Source: Lophium mytilinum
Lineage: Eukaryota
Length of the DNA stretch: 64,000 nt
NCBI GenBank assembly: GCA_010093605.1
Contig: MU004181.1
Span: 1,736,001-1,800,000, forward strand
Direction: 5' to 3'
Positions 26,516-38,922 of the stretch are shown here, in pieces (position 1 is the stretch's first letter; each line of letters opens with the position of its first letter). The notes beneath the pieces were generated by a model. That model worked only from the letters and a program-made list of their open reading frames with translations. It did not search any database and had not been told where the DNA came from. A program made the translations under genes and the position numbers.

Positions 26516-28132
26516 GACGGGTGAGTACGGCAGATGGTATGCGCGATTGCGCCTGGTGTTTCGGGGACAATTCCAGTCCTCTTGATGCGCTGGAAGCGAC
26601 AATCGAGAATGTTGTCGCAACGTGCCCGACGTCAAGGCAGGACGTTGGTTAGGCTTTCGCCACCTTTCAATTCTAGACGGGTTTCCAGAACTGATCTTGG
26701 ACGAACAAGGAGAATGAATAGCAACAATAATAAATCGTGACAAGCGACGGAGGGAAGAGAGGTGTGAAAGAGAGATGGAGACAACGGTAGCATGTGGAGT
26801 TCGGCGATTCGGTGCGGATGGGGGATTGCCTCCAGGGACTGGGTTCTCGGGTACTAACTACAACAGGCGAAAGGCCGTGGGGATTTCGCTGACAAGTGGA
26901 CAATCTGTGCTGACCGACGCGCTAAAAGTCTTTATGTAAGTCCTGGACGCCAACATTTACTTCCGCCAGTGCTTAATGCATAACGCTTTGGCCGTTTCGG
27001 CGATTCTGTCAGCACTCAATCTGTATAGCACGCCTGATAACAACTAACTAATCACGTGTGCCGTACCCTCAAAGCAACAAGAGCCGTTCATGGCCCCCAG
27101 GCCCCTGAATGAGGAAAACGTCCTACTGTAGGCTTCATGCTCCTGCACGATGGCCTTGGGTTGTCGTTACGATGGCCCCTTGCACTGTGAAGCAAAGCCT
27201 CCGACGAAGTCGAGAACAAGCAGAAGCTCCAACAAGTCCAGTGCCGAGGTCTTTGGCAGGTGGTATGATGATGAACACAATGGATATTTGAGCATATCCA
27301 CTCTTCTATGATGTTACGTAACAGAAGAACTCTGCACCTTCAATGGCATGCAGACAATATCCATCCATCGGCAGTAAGCAATTATCACATTTCTATTGAA
27401 CAATCACAAAAAGCCTGGTAAAATCTAGTCTAGCCATCCGTAATGGCACCACAAAGTCGCGCTTCTCATTGCTAAAACTTCAGCGCTCTTGGACCCTTTT
27501 TATTACAATTTCTTCGCATACTTGGGGAATAACACTCCACGTTCCTCCATCAAAGCATCTCAAGTTCATGTCATGTCACAGAAACATAGTCTAGCTAAAA
27601 ATCATTGGCTCAATATTTTCACTCTGCAGGTTAATCATAAGGACCAAACCTTTACCTCCGCGTCTAAACATAAGTGAGTCCCATTGCAATCCAGACTAAG
27701 AGTGCAGTTAAGCGGTATTCAACCGTCTGACGACATCGACAACCTCAACCAGGGGTAGCTACCATCCTGCATGCACGAGGCGGAGTTTCTTTTCACCGGC
27801 AACGACAAGCTAGAACATGCTGCTTCCCAAATACAAGCAAAAAGCATAATAGCCAAATATGTTCAGGCTCTAGACACTCAGCTTAGTTGCCGAACTTTCA
27901 GTACTATGCGAGTTCGACCACAGTCAATACCATCGGCAGGTGTAGCGGGCATTCGGTCTTAGACCATTCAAAAATGGGAGGATAACCAAAAGCAAAAGAG
28001 GCGAAGGTGTCAGTCGAATTGTGCAGATACCATTAAGCTCAAGCTAGAAGGAAGAGCATGGCATGAGCTATTGGTGGTGGAGTGTTGATTATAGCACTCC
28101 CCCACCAATCTTATTCTCAGCATTCTCCGTAT

Positions 28133-28615
28133 TCACGAGCCCCTCCTCTTCGTGTCCCGCCACCGCGCACCCAACTTATTCCCATCTCCCTTCCGGTTGA
28201 CGTACCCCTCACTATTCCAATAACAAGCCGAACCACCCATTTCAACCGAATAAAATGAGCTCAGATGACCGTCCTTCCAATTAAGCTTGCCCCCGGTGTG
28301 GAAATCATAACTCTCTCCCGACAGCTCATCGCTCGGTACAAATTTAAACCAGTCTCCCGCCGCGACGCAGGTTAATTTACCGTTATCCGCAGTGATGTTG
28401 AAAGTGTTGTTGTCGCCCTTATCTATGACTGGGGCAGTCTTCGAGTTTATGTGGCCGTCAAGGTCTATTGCGAGTAACGTGCGCCCACTTTCGGACACTT
28501 TGGTGCAGAAGTTGAGACCCTCTTTGGGATAGCCGCCGTAAAGCCAGGCAAAGATAGCGCCAGGCTCCGGCTGTGTGCTCCACTTCTTTTTCAAGTCTTC
28601 CCAGCTGTCTGGCAT
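28133..28615 (-). CDS. Hypothetical 160-aa protein rich in Gly/Trp/Asp
   Basis: Clean ORF with globular-protein composition; CAG directly before the ATG suggests an upstream intron; TATATAA about 170 nt upstream. Confidence 0.6.
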   Translation of the reverse strand: MPDSWEDLKKKWSTQPEPGAIFAWLYGGYPKEGLNFCTKVSESGRTLLAIDLDGHINSKTAPVIDKGDNNTFNITADNGKLTCVAAGDWFKFVPSDELSGESYDFHTGGKLNWKDGHLSSFYSVEMGGSACYWNSEGYVNRKGDGNKLGARWRDTKRRGS

Positions 28616-29325
28616 CTGTGAAGAATGTTAAGGCAGGCACGGTGAGGCGGGGACTTGAAGCTTATGTACGGTTGCTTGTCTGTACTAGTACAGCTTTATT
28701 TGTAATGTTATTGTGTCGGATTTGGGAACGGAGGAGGATTTGGACTTGTGAAATAGAAACGTACTTGGGAACGGAAAGGGATTATATATCTCGAAGATAG
28801 GTATGCCAGCACACGATGATATCACTCTTGATATCATTGTTGATCATGTTGAGATCCGCCGATCTCTCTTGACTTAAGCTCTCGATCTAAGCATTAACCT
28901 CCCGCCTAGCGTGAACGATACACGTCATATCAGCCCATTGCGAGCAGAAAAAAGCAAATATGTTGACAGTTCCGTCATGGTATGGCGAAATTTGACTCTG
29001 TAGAAGGTTAGCCTTCCCGCGATTGATAACGCATCCTCTCCCCTATCGAGTCTGTCTCCCCAATCGTGCATTTCCTTGTGCTCTGTCCAGGGTTGTACAT
29101 CGGCGATTCCAAAAGGGACCGGCGAGGTTTACATACATGCACTGTGCGCTGTGACGTGGGGTTTACACGCACTGATTGGCGAGCTACTCAAGTGGCTACT
29201 CTCCACAGCTACCACCACCATACCCCTAGCACTAAGCTATCAGGATCCGCTATGGCGTAATCTTCATTTCTGCCGGCTCTTGCTATGTAGCTCTCGCTGG
29301 TTTTCTTTTGCTCTCGCCGACCATC

Positions 29326-30085
29326 TTATCTCCGCTGAGGCTTCCTTTGTGGGCTACTGGAGGTAGTACAAATTTCAGCAACAGCGGTGACGCAATCTAT
29401 GATCTCCTCTTGCTTTCGCCCAGCTTCAATTGCTCTTGCTAAGCATCCAGTTGCTCTTTCTCGGCGTCCTGTTGCTGCTATGTCATCTTTTGCTCTCTCT
29501 GAGCTTCCAGTTGCTCTTTCTAAAACTGTGTTGCTCTTGCGGGGCTTTGATTCCCTTGCTAAATGTTCTCTAGCTCTTGCTGGGTTTTCTGTCGCTGAGA
29601 CTTTGCTTGCTCTCACTGGTCTGAACTCACTAGCTCTTGCTAGGTCTTTTTAAAGGATGCTTTACTGTCTCCAGATGTGGCTGGCTCTCGCTGAGGCCTC
29701 TTTGGCCATCGCCGAGGCTTCGCGGGCTAGCTTTCGATCGCTGTCGCTAGCTGTCTCTGAGGCCTCGTTGGCTGTCCCTGGTAATCGCTAAGTCTTCGTT
29801 CGCTGTTGCCGATCCTTACTGCGACGTGTCTTGCTGTCGCTGTCCCTATCCATCCCTGGCTCTTGCTGAGGCTTCTTTGATTGCCGCCAGCTATCGCTGG
29901 TCTTGTTGGCTGCCCTCACCAAATTGGGCTTGCTGGCTTTTCCTACCATCACTGACAGACACTGAGGCTTCCTTTGCCCTCGCCAGCCATCGCCGCGTTG
30001 CGCTGAGGCTTTTGCTATGGAAGTGCCATGTCTTGGTCTTGCCAAATTTCATCGATCTCACCGGGACTTCCCTTGGACTATTCAA
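29326..30085 (-). pseudogene. Degenerate low-complexity repeat gene remnant (AKEASAR-like units)
   Basis: Six CTGAGGC-cored repeats (29335, 29691, 29757, 29866, 29962, 30003); in-frame stops at 29893, 29848, 29818; frame changes between repeats. Confidence 0.45.
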
Positions 30086-30578
30086 ATTACTCTCGCTAAG
30101 ACTGTTGCTCTACAGTGGACGAACAACAGGAGAAGAACGAGGTGAAAATATCGGGCGGGCTCGGGGCAGGCTATCTAGACAGGCCAGCTCGCTTATAATA
30201 AATAGTGCACGGCCCTCAGTTCTTTTGAAGATTTCATAAAACTTAGGGGCAAATAAGTTGATCGGGGGTATACGCATAGAAGGGACCTGAGACGGATGTG
30301 CTGTTTATAACATCTGCTAGATCATGTTGACGGCTTGCGTACAGGCTTAGAAAATCTCGTAATCGCAATAGCTCGGGACTATGCCCCGATTGGCTTTAGC
30401 ATGACTAAACTTAGCTGGGTGGATTGGTTTCTTCCAATTGCACGCCCTACGACGACTAGCAGATCGTCGTTAGTAAAGACATTCTTATACGAGCTCCTGA
30501 ATTCCCGGTTTCATTCTTTTGCCATCCGTGTCATCTTCATAGGCTCACGCTTAGGTGCAACCGCAAGTAGCACTCCAA

Positions 30579-32061
30579 ATGACTAGCCTAGAATGAAGAG
30601 AACCGGAGCAAGACGAGAGCAGAAATATATTCCAGGCTACATCTTCTTTACACGGCCATGAAGGTCAACAAGAGTTCTCATTACCTCCAGTAGATGGCGG
30701 GAAAGACGCACGGACGTTTCTCGCTGCTGCGTTCATGGTGGAGACTTTAGCATAGGGTATGTCAATGCTGAAGAGTCCTACTCTCCAAATCCTAATCACA
30801 GACATCTAGGTTTTCCTTTTGCTTTCGGCGTGTTCCAGGAATACTACAGTACGCATCCCCCCTTCCAGGGCTCGGGAAACATAGCGGTCATTGGAACCTG
30901 TGCTATGGTGAGTACTCTGCAGTCGCTTTATTAGAACTACATCCTTACCACAGTGTTAGGGTATCATGTATGTCAGCGCCCCACTTGTATTTGCTGGTCT
31001 CCAAAGATTCCCCAAAACCCAAAGACCCGCAATTGGGTTTGGGTTAGTAACAATGTGCCTCGCTTTGGGACTGAGTGCGCTCTCCACGACCACGACGCAC
31101 CTCATTATCACACAAGGTATATTCTATGCTCTCGGAGGCTCGTTAGTGTACTCATCTACAATCCTTTTCATGAACGAATGGTTCGTGAAAAGAAAAGGGC
31201 TGGCTTTCGGAGTCATGTTGGTGAGTAGCCTTCCTTTCGTCTGATACCTGCTTTAGAGTCGCTCATATTGTTGTGAAGGCCGGTACAGGATTAGGTGGCG
31301 TCACAATCCCACTCTTACTCCAGTTCCTTCTCGCCAAATACGGCTACAAAACGACCCTCATAGTCTGGGCCGTCATCCTCTTCGTGGCCGCCGCGCCCCT
31401 CAGCTACTCTCTCCGACCCCGGCTGCCTGTCTCCCAGGCTTCCCGTCTCCGCCCAGTCGACTTCTCGTTCCTCTTGACCCGCAATTTCCTCTTCCTGCAA
31501 GTCGGAAATATCCTCCAAGGCCTGGGCTACTTCATCCCATCAATTTATCTGCCCACTCACGCTAGAATGCTCGGAGCGTCCCACTCCATCTCTGCGCTCA
31601 CCATCGTCCTATTCAACCTCGCGATGGTATTCGGCTGTCTGGCCATGGGCGCATGGATCGATCGGTATCACGTCACGACCTGCGTGCTCATCTCTTCAAT
31701 CGGCTCTACAATCGCTGTGTTCGTGCTATGGGGTCTTTCCTCGAGTCCTCCTGTGCTTTTCGTCTTCGCCGTCTTTTATGGCTTTTTCGCGGGCAGTTTC
31801 TCGAGCACATATCCAGGCATCATGCGCGCCGTCAATTTGGAGACCCAGCGGGACCCCAATTTCATCTTCGCGTTCCTCTCGGCTGGAAGGGGCATTGGGA
31901 ACATGGCGTCCGGGCCGGTGAGCGAGATACTGGTGCGGAGTGGAGCGTGGAAGGGGGAAACTGGCGGCGCGTATGGAAGTGGTTATGGGAGCTTGATTGT
32001 GTTTACTGGGGTGACGGCTGCACTTGGGGGGTTAGGGATATTTGGCAGATTGATGAAGTAG
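30579..32061 (+). pseudogene. MFS monocarboxylate-type (MCH-like) transporter with two in-frame stops in exon 1
   Basis: Exon 1 reads MTSLE*REP...QEFSLPPVDGGKDARTFLAAAFMVETLA*G; after intron 30757-30809, FPFAFGVFQEYY; EWFVKRKGLAFG; remaining exons open. Confidence 0.75.
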
Positions 32062-32118
32062 GTAGAACCGCGACTATTGGGCACGTCGAGTAGACGGACT
32101 GGCAATTGAGAACATGGT

Positions 32119-33388
32119 CTATAGTATCGTCCAGTACCTAAAGTAATCGCCTAGTGACTCCCAAGGCCTCATTAGAGGGGGAAGGGGTCCCTTTTCGTTA
32201 GTTCTACTCCATTCAAGTGTTTTCTCTTCAGTAACGCGAGCAACTTCATGTTGGTCCAGCAAGCCGTACGGACTTACTCGAATGACATTCTTGGGTTCCC
32301 AGCCTTCGAAGTCGATGAGATGCCAAGCATCAAGACGCTCCTGGTCCCAGAAGAAGAACCCTAGGTTGCGGAAATGGCTTATAAATATAAAACGCTCGAT
32401 GTCATGATGCTGCCTGGCCTCGTTAAAGAATGCCCATCCGGAGTTTGGGACATTTGAGAGAGGCCAGTCTATCCAGGCCTTGAACGGGGTTTTTGCGACT
32501 CTTTCTTCCAAAGCCCACAGGCCGTCTCCTACGATGTTTTGTCGGAGCACATCCCAGAGCGCATTTCTGGTCATAAAGTGGCAGTTTTGGCATCACAAGG
32601 GCTCTCGGCTACCGCACAAGTAATGTGGATTAGTCAATCCAGGACAGGGAGGATTGTGTTGAGCGGTGCTTGACACATGTCTACAATCCCGGACTGTGAA
32701 CTGGTATACCGAGAGCATCTCATCAATCTCCCAAGGACAGAGTCGATGAAAGAAAACACTTGCGGTAAAACCTGGCCCCTCACCCGATGCAGACTGGAAG
32801 TCCGCAATCAATAATACAAACTTGGCCGGATACTCATAGAAAAGTACGCCGTAGAACCGGAGCTCCAACAGGCGCGGGATATGCGATGTCGCTCGAAGCT
32901 TGAGAGTAAGAAAGTGGCTTCTACTGCACCAGGGTTATCAAATAGACAAACTCTATTGTAGATTACCTTCGAGTATTCCTCCACTAGGCCCTTCACGTCA
33001 GTATGGAGCAGCTGGAGGTCCTTCAGCACGGCGACTGGATCAGTGTCGTGTGGGACTATTGTGCCAGGATGCTCGGTGTCGAGGGCTCGAGAGAGAAATT
33101 GGTCTAGATGCGTGAGATCATGTGGTGCCTCTCTACGAATGGCCTGTAAGATCTCAAGAGAAGCTATTGTGAGGTTGCGTATTTGGAGGCCTTCCTGGCT
33201 CACGACATCCCGAAGGACTATTTCTGGGTATGCACGGTATAGGTCCCTTGTCCTTCGGTCCATGTCGACAAGTTCGTAGAGGGTTTTAGGATACAGGTTT
33301 CCCATTACTCTTGTAGTTCTGGAGGCAGGTCGAATAGGGGGAATGTTCGAGTCGATGCTTTCCGTAAAGGTTTCGAGCGGCGAGCCAT
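32119..33388 (-). pseudogene. F-box-like protein pseudogene (two frameshifts, one in-frame stop)
   Basis: ATG33388 MARRSKP...FPLFDLPPELQE*; frame change at ~33307; ERHRISRA / LRFYGVLFY frame change at ~32868; TGA 32595-32593 in frame with ORF 32119..32574. Confidence 0.7.
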
Positions 33389-33948
33389 TTCAAGAGGGCT
33401 ATCTAGGTTTCCTGTGGGTTTCAGCGCCGTAGTGTGAGTTGGGTAGAGTGGTCTAAAGGAAGAAGTAGCTTGAGCCTCACAGCCTCACTCCAGGCAGCAT
33501 CCGGAGAATCTCTGGGGCGAGGTCACGTTCCGGCCCCCACATTAACAACATCCACCTGCAGACTAACAAGTCTTGAATAGCACATTCTTAACAGCACCAC
33601 GGCACTCTGATACGAAACATCTGGGAGTTATCGCAGCCCATGGCTGTCTGAGCTGGCCCAGGAAACTCACAGGTTGTTCAAACCACGAATACGTGTCTCT
33701 CATAAATACCTAGCAGAGCGTCCAATTACACTCACAATAGCAAGAAATTATGCATATTCAAGACGAGGCATCACAGACTTTGCACGTTCAAATGCAGCTT
33801 CCCAAAAACGTTACAGAAATGAAGGCGCGATCCCCAAATGGAGGCAGATTAGAGTAGATAGAGGAGATGAGCTTGCGCTGGTAATATACATCTCTATTCC
33901 GACTGTGCCTCCGAGGCTACCAGGCAAATATCACTTTGCAACACCCTT

Positions 33949-35617
33949 CTATATCTTAGCCCCGATTCGTTTCGACAAATTCAACTCTTGCCTGACGGCT
34001 AGATCGGAGATGATCTCCTCGCTCCCACCTCCAACGACGAGCATACGCAAATCTCTACCAATCTGCTCGACACTACTTCCAACACCGCCCTGCTGGTATC
34101 CAGCACCACCCAACACCTGTTGCGCCTCTCGGTTGGCAAATTCCAGCATTCGCCCGCCTAGGACCTTTGCCAACGCAAGTCTACTCGCCAGGTCATCCGT
34201 CCATCCATTGACCTTTACATGGTACGCGAGCTGCTCGAGCCACGCCCAATGCGCTTCGACGTCTTTAGCAATGTTCGCAAACTTGGCGCGTATAACTTGA
34301 TTTGCGATTAAGGGCTGACCAAACGTAACGCGTTCGTTGGCATATGCGAAGGCAACACTAAGGCACGTCCGAGTCTTTCGGTTCTTTCCCCGTGCTGTCA
34401 GTTATTCAGATTCGCCCAGTTAGGATTCTCTGGCTCACCATTGCGACGGCGATCGAAAAGCGCTCCTTGTTGAAGTCTGCATCGGTGTTAGCTGTTGTGT
34501 AGTAAGTAGGAAATATATAAAGCCTTACTGGACATCAGAACCTGAAACCCTCGGTTTTCTGTCCCAATAAGATTCTCCACAGGGACTTGAACGTTTTCCA
34601 AAGTCACCCAGGCGCTCCCTTCAGGTCAAAGTTAGTCATATACTCGAAGGGTTCGTCATTTCGGGGCTTACCTCCTGCATTTGCTCCAGTGTTTTTGATC
34701 TTCTTTGTCGAAAATCCTGGCGAATTCGTCGGTATAACAAGCACAGAAACGCCAGCGGCTCCTGGACCACCTGTTCGGACTGCTGTTGTCATGTGCGTGC
34801 TTGTCAAGACACCGGTTATCCATTTCTAGTAAGCAAATTAGAGAAGCCAGACATGCTCACACCCGTGGTACTGACTTTGTAGCCATTGACAATATAGTAC
34901 TTGCCGCAATCTGACTTCACCGCCGTCGTCTTCAAGTTAGCCAAATCTGATCCGCCAGTAGGCTCAGTAGCGCCGAGGCAGAAAACAGTTTGGCCAGTAA
35001 AGACACCAGACAGCCAGGCATCTTTCTGTTTCTCCGTTCCGAATTTTGCAATTGGAGGAACTCCGATACCAGAAGCAGTAGAAAGGCCAGCTAGCACTCC
35101 ACTTTCTACCCGTGCCCGCTCATCTTGAAGCACCAAATCATGAAAGGGATCCCAGTCTATAACATCGTCAGCGTTTCAGTTGCCATATAGGAGTTCAATA
35201 GATCTATGCAACCTTCTTCAGATATTCCGGCTGGAAGGCTAACGCCAGGGCGATACTTTGCGGGGATATCCTCTACGAGATAGTTAGCACATATTGCTGG
35301 ATGTTTGATGGAGCGACGGACGAAATGCTAGGCCTGCTCGCGCGAATTTGATGGTCTCCTAATCAAGCAAGACTCAGAATCTGTTCCAAAGTGTACATTG
35401 ATGAGGTCTGAAATACCTCTCGCGGAACCTCTCCCTTTTCCTCCCACTCCTCTGCGAAGTCCAACACATTCTCATTCATATACTCTCGCACAAAGCGACG
35501 CAGTTTCCGGTGGCTGTCATTGTAATATGGCGATGAAAGAACGTTATACCATGCTGGCTCGGCCCATGGGTTCAGGTCCCCAAAAGTCTCTGTTCTCGGG
35601 GATTTTCTTTGAGACAT
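33949..35617 (-). CDS. Acyl-CoA dehydrogenase, multi-exon, C-terminal AKI (PTS1-like)
   Basis: PWAEPAWY...SPYYNDSHRKLR; CLGATEPTGGSD; YIVNGYKKWITG; REAQQVLGGAGY; VGGGSEEI. Confidence 0.93.
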
Positions 35618-35734
35618 GTTATGATCGATATCGAAAAGATTATGGAAAGAAACCAAACTTATCAACTAGCCACCCATAGATATCTACCTTCTGAGAGGCT
35701 GCCCCAAATTAGCAAGTTCATGCTTAGTGGCTCG

Positions 35735-35740
35735 CCTCGG
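35735..35740 (+). promoter_or_regulatory. CCTCGG, FarA/FarB(Ctf1)-type binding site in the divergent promoter
   Basis: Exact hexamer about 120 bp upstream of the ACAD ATG, between two fatty-acyl genes. Confidence 0.4.
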
Positions 35741-36201
35741 TTCGGTTATATGAGATTACGTGGGAATCTCTGACTATCCCCTTAGCATACTACCACCGCC
35801 GTGTCTTTCCAAAAGCGACATGCAGATACCCCATAATATACCCCGCGCCCCACATAGTCACCGTTCCGGAACTTTAAATGTCCAAAGATATGTAAAAGCA
35901 CCGCAAACATGGGGGGCTTGCATCGGGGTTGATCCTCCGGTAGGAACGCGGTACCCGGCAACCTGACTGTACCCCAACTTATTCTTGGGATGCCCATTAA
36001 TCAACGCGTCCCTGATGCGCAATTTCCCCGATACTCACAAGTAGGCTGAAGCAACGCAGCTTCGTCTGCTACACAAGTTACCAGCCAAAAGTACTCCTCG
36101 AACTACGCGAACCTATCCCACGTCATACACCATAGAAACATTAGCCAAACCCATAATTCAGACAATTTGTACTTCCAATCAGCATTTGCATGATAATCAG
36201 G

Positions 36202-38307
36202 ATGGTTCCCCGAATATACGAATCCATTATTCCAGAAATTCACGTTCCCACGAACCTTTCAGTCCACCAATTCCTCACGCGGTATAACCCCGAGGATGTT
36301 GCTCCGGACAAGGTTGTATGGGAAGAGGCGGACGGAGGGCGAACAATGTCACATGGTGGTGTCCGAGACGAAGCTGCTATAGGAGCCGCTTGCCTCACTA
36401 GTGCTCTGGGACTGCACCCAGGAGATGTTGTCGCAATTTATGCGCCCAACAGCATCAACTATGGTATTGCCGCTCATTCGGTACTATGGTTTGGCGGAGT
36501 TATAGCGTAAGATCATACACCTAGGAGTACTGAGAAGCTGAGTTAGCCAACTTATTTGCTTTGACAGGGGCATCAACCCAATGACTTCGCCTTACGATAT
36601 GGTCCACTATCTCGCATCTTGCGAGCCAAAAGTCATCATCACCACTCCAGAGTTACGAGGCCGAGTCGATGAAGCACTATCAAAAAGCAAGAACCTTCCC
36701 TTTCAACCAATCATTGTTCTGCTTGATGAGACATCCAACGCACTTGTAAGTCCCCACACTAGGAAGCAACTAAAGTTCATACTAACATGCATCGTCCAGT
36801 TCCCAGAGTTCTACGGAAAAAAGAACTACGGTCGTCATCAGATTCCTCCGCTTGACCTCACAGGCTCGGATAACCGCAAGCATATAGCAGCCAATATGTT
36901 CAGCTCTGGGAGCAGTGGAAAACCTAAAGCAGTACAATGGAGCCACCATACAATTATTGCGCACTTTGTAAGCGTACGAGCTTCGCAGCCAGAGCAGAAT
37001 AGCCGACTCACTCGGGAAGTCCTCTTCGTGCCTTGTATAGTTATCCTTTCTTTGAAACCCCTCATAGCGGCAAGCCGACTAACCCAAGTAGTTGGTCATA
37101 TGTTTGGTCTCGTTGCCGCCGTCCTCAACCCGGTCCATTGTGCCTCCCATGTGGTCATCATGAAGCAGTTTGAATACCTGAAGTACATTGAAGCTTCCGC
37201 GAGACTTCGAGCCACGATAATGAGAAGTAATCTAGCCACTTTAGCATGAGAAGAGGCTTCAATCTAACCTCTCTAGTGGTCCCTCCCATAGCGCTGGCTA
37301 TCGCCAAAGATCCCAACATAGCGAAGTATGACTTAACCAGTGTAAACGTCATCATGTGTGCTGGGGCTACGCTCCAAGCCGAGATCGTGAACCAGCTTCA
37401 AACGATCATGGGCGGCTGCGACATCTTACAAGGTTACGGGTGCGAACTCTCCATCCTCTGTCCCCACTTTACAAAGTGCTAATCATCGATGAATAGTTTG
37501 AGCGAAGCAGCTGTTTCGGCGTTGAAACCGGCGAAATCAATTGAGAGGTCGGGATCAGTGGGACGACTCTTTCCCAGCCAGTGCGTTAGCCTCACCAATG
37601 ATATTTTATCTTCTCACCTCTCGCAGTACGCTCCGTGTAGTGGACGATAACTTGAATGACGTCGAAGTAGGGCAGCCTGGAGAAGCTCTCGTCAAGGGCC
37701 CGACTGTATTTCTGTAACGTTCCGCATCCCTTTCTCAAGACCACAGCACCTAACGAAACGTTAGTTCCTACAAGAATAATCCCATCGCTACGAAAGAAGC
37801 GTTCCACGATGGATGGCTGCGGACCGGTGATGTTGTAAAAGTAGATGAAGACGGCTACATCTGGTTCCTCGATAGGAAAAAGGAGATGATCAAATACAAA
37901 GGGTACGTATCTCACTCCTAAAATCTTTCAGCTCAAGAAGCCACCAATTGACTCCTCCCAGCAACCAAGTCGCTCCCGCGGAACTCGAAGACCTTCTCAA
38001 CTCGCACCCCTCCGTGGCCGAATCAGCCGTCTGCGGCATTTTCGACTCGTCGCAGCAAACTGAAGTCCCCGTCGGCTACGTATGTCTGAACGACTCAATT
38101 TCGGAATCCGAACGATCGAAGGTATTGAAAGAGATCCGGCAATGGGTGGACGGCATAGTCTCCCCATCGAAGAAGCTGCGCGGTGGCGTGTTCTACATAG
38201 CACAGATACCGAAGAACCCCACAGGCAAAGTGCAACGGATGCTGCTCCCCGCTAGGTTAGAAGCTGCGGCTAAGATAGCTGCGGAGAATCGGCCTTCGAA
38301 GCTTTGA
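36202..38307 (+). CDS. 4-coumarate-CoA-ligase-like acyl-CoA synthetase, peroxisomal (PTS1 SKL), multi-exon
   Basis: FSSGSSGKPK, QGYG, GWLRTGD, DRKKEMIKYKG|NQVAPAELE, IPKNPTGK; ends RPSKL*. Confidence 0.93.
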
Positions 38308-38922
38308 TTAAAAATGTCGTTACACTAGAAACGGGGAACCTCAGGACAGGCATGTATTTGCTATGTAGCAACTGAAGCAACGTCAAATTCTACACTATTT
38401 CAGTACATATCTCACCACCTCACCTCCTTCTCCTATCCCCTTCTCACACCCATCTAGCTCCCCCATACTCGAAACACCCCGTCCCACAAGCACCACCACA
38501 CGCCGCGTGCCACGAGTACAACGTGGTCGCTGTCAACTGGGCGCCACCACGTACCCAGACCCGCGTCCATCGCGTCCCGCTGCTGTGCGATGGTGCACCA
38601 TAACGGCCGCCAAAGGGGAGTTGGACCAGCGCCGCATCTGTGCGCCGTGTCTCCTGATACCGGCGTCTTGGTACCACGGCCAGGAGATGAGACTCGGGCT
38701 GGGTCAACTCTGCCGGGTGATGGCGTTGGGTGACTGCTTTTCCCAATTCAACTCATACGGCGAGTGAAATCCCCTCACATGCTCTCATTCGAATCCCCTA
38801 TCTTGGTGGGTACATTTTGGATAACTATTGTGCTGGATTACTGGTGCGAGTATAGTAACTACTGAGACACAGATTTGGGTTCGTCGATTTTTGATCCTCA
38901 GAATCTGCCATGAATCTGTCGC

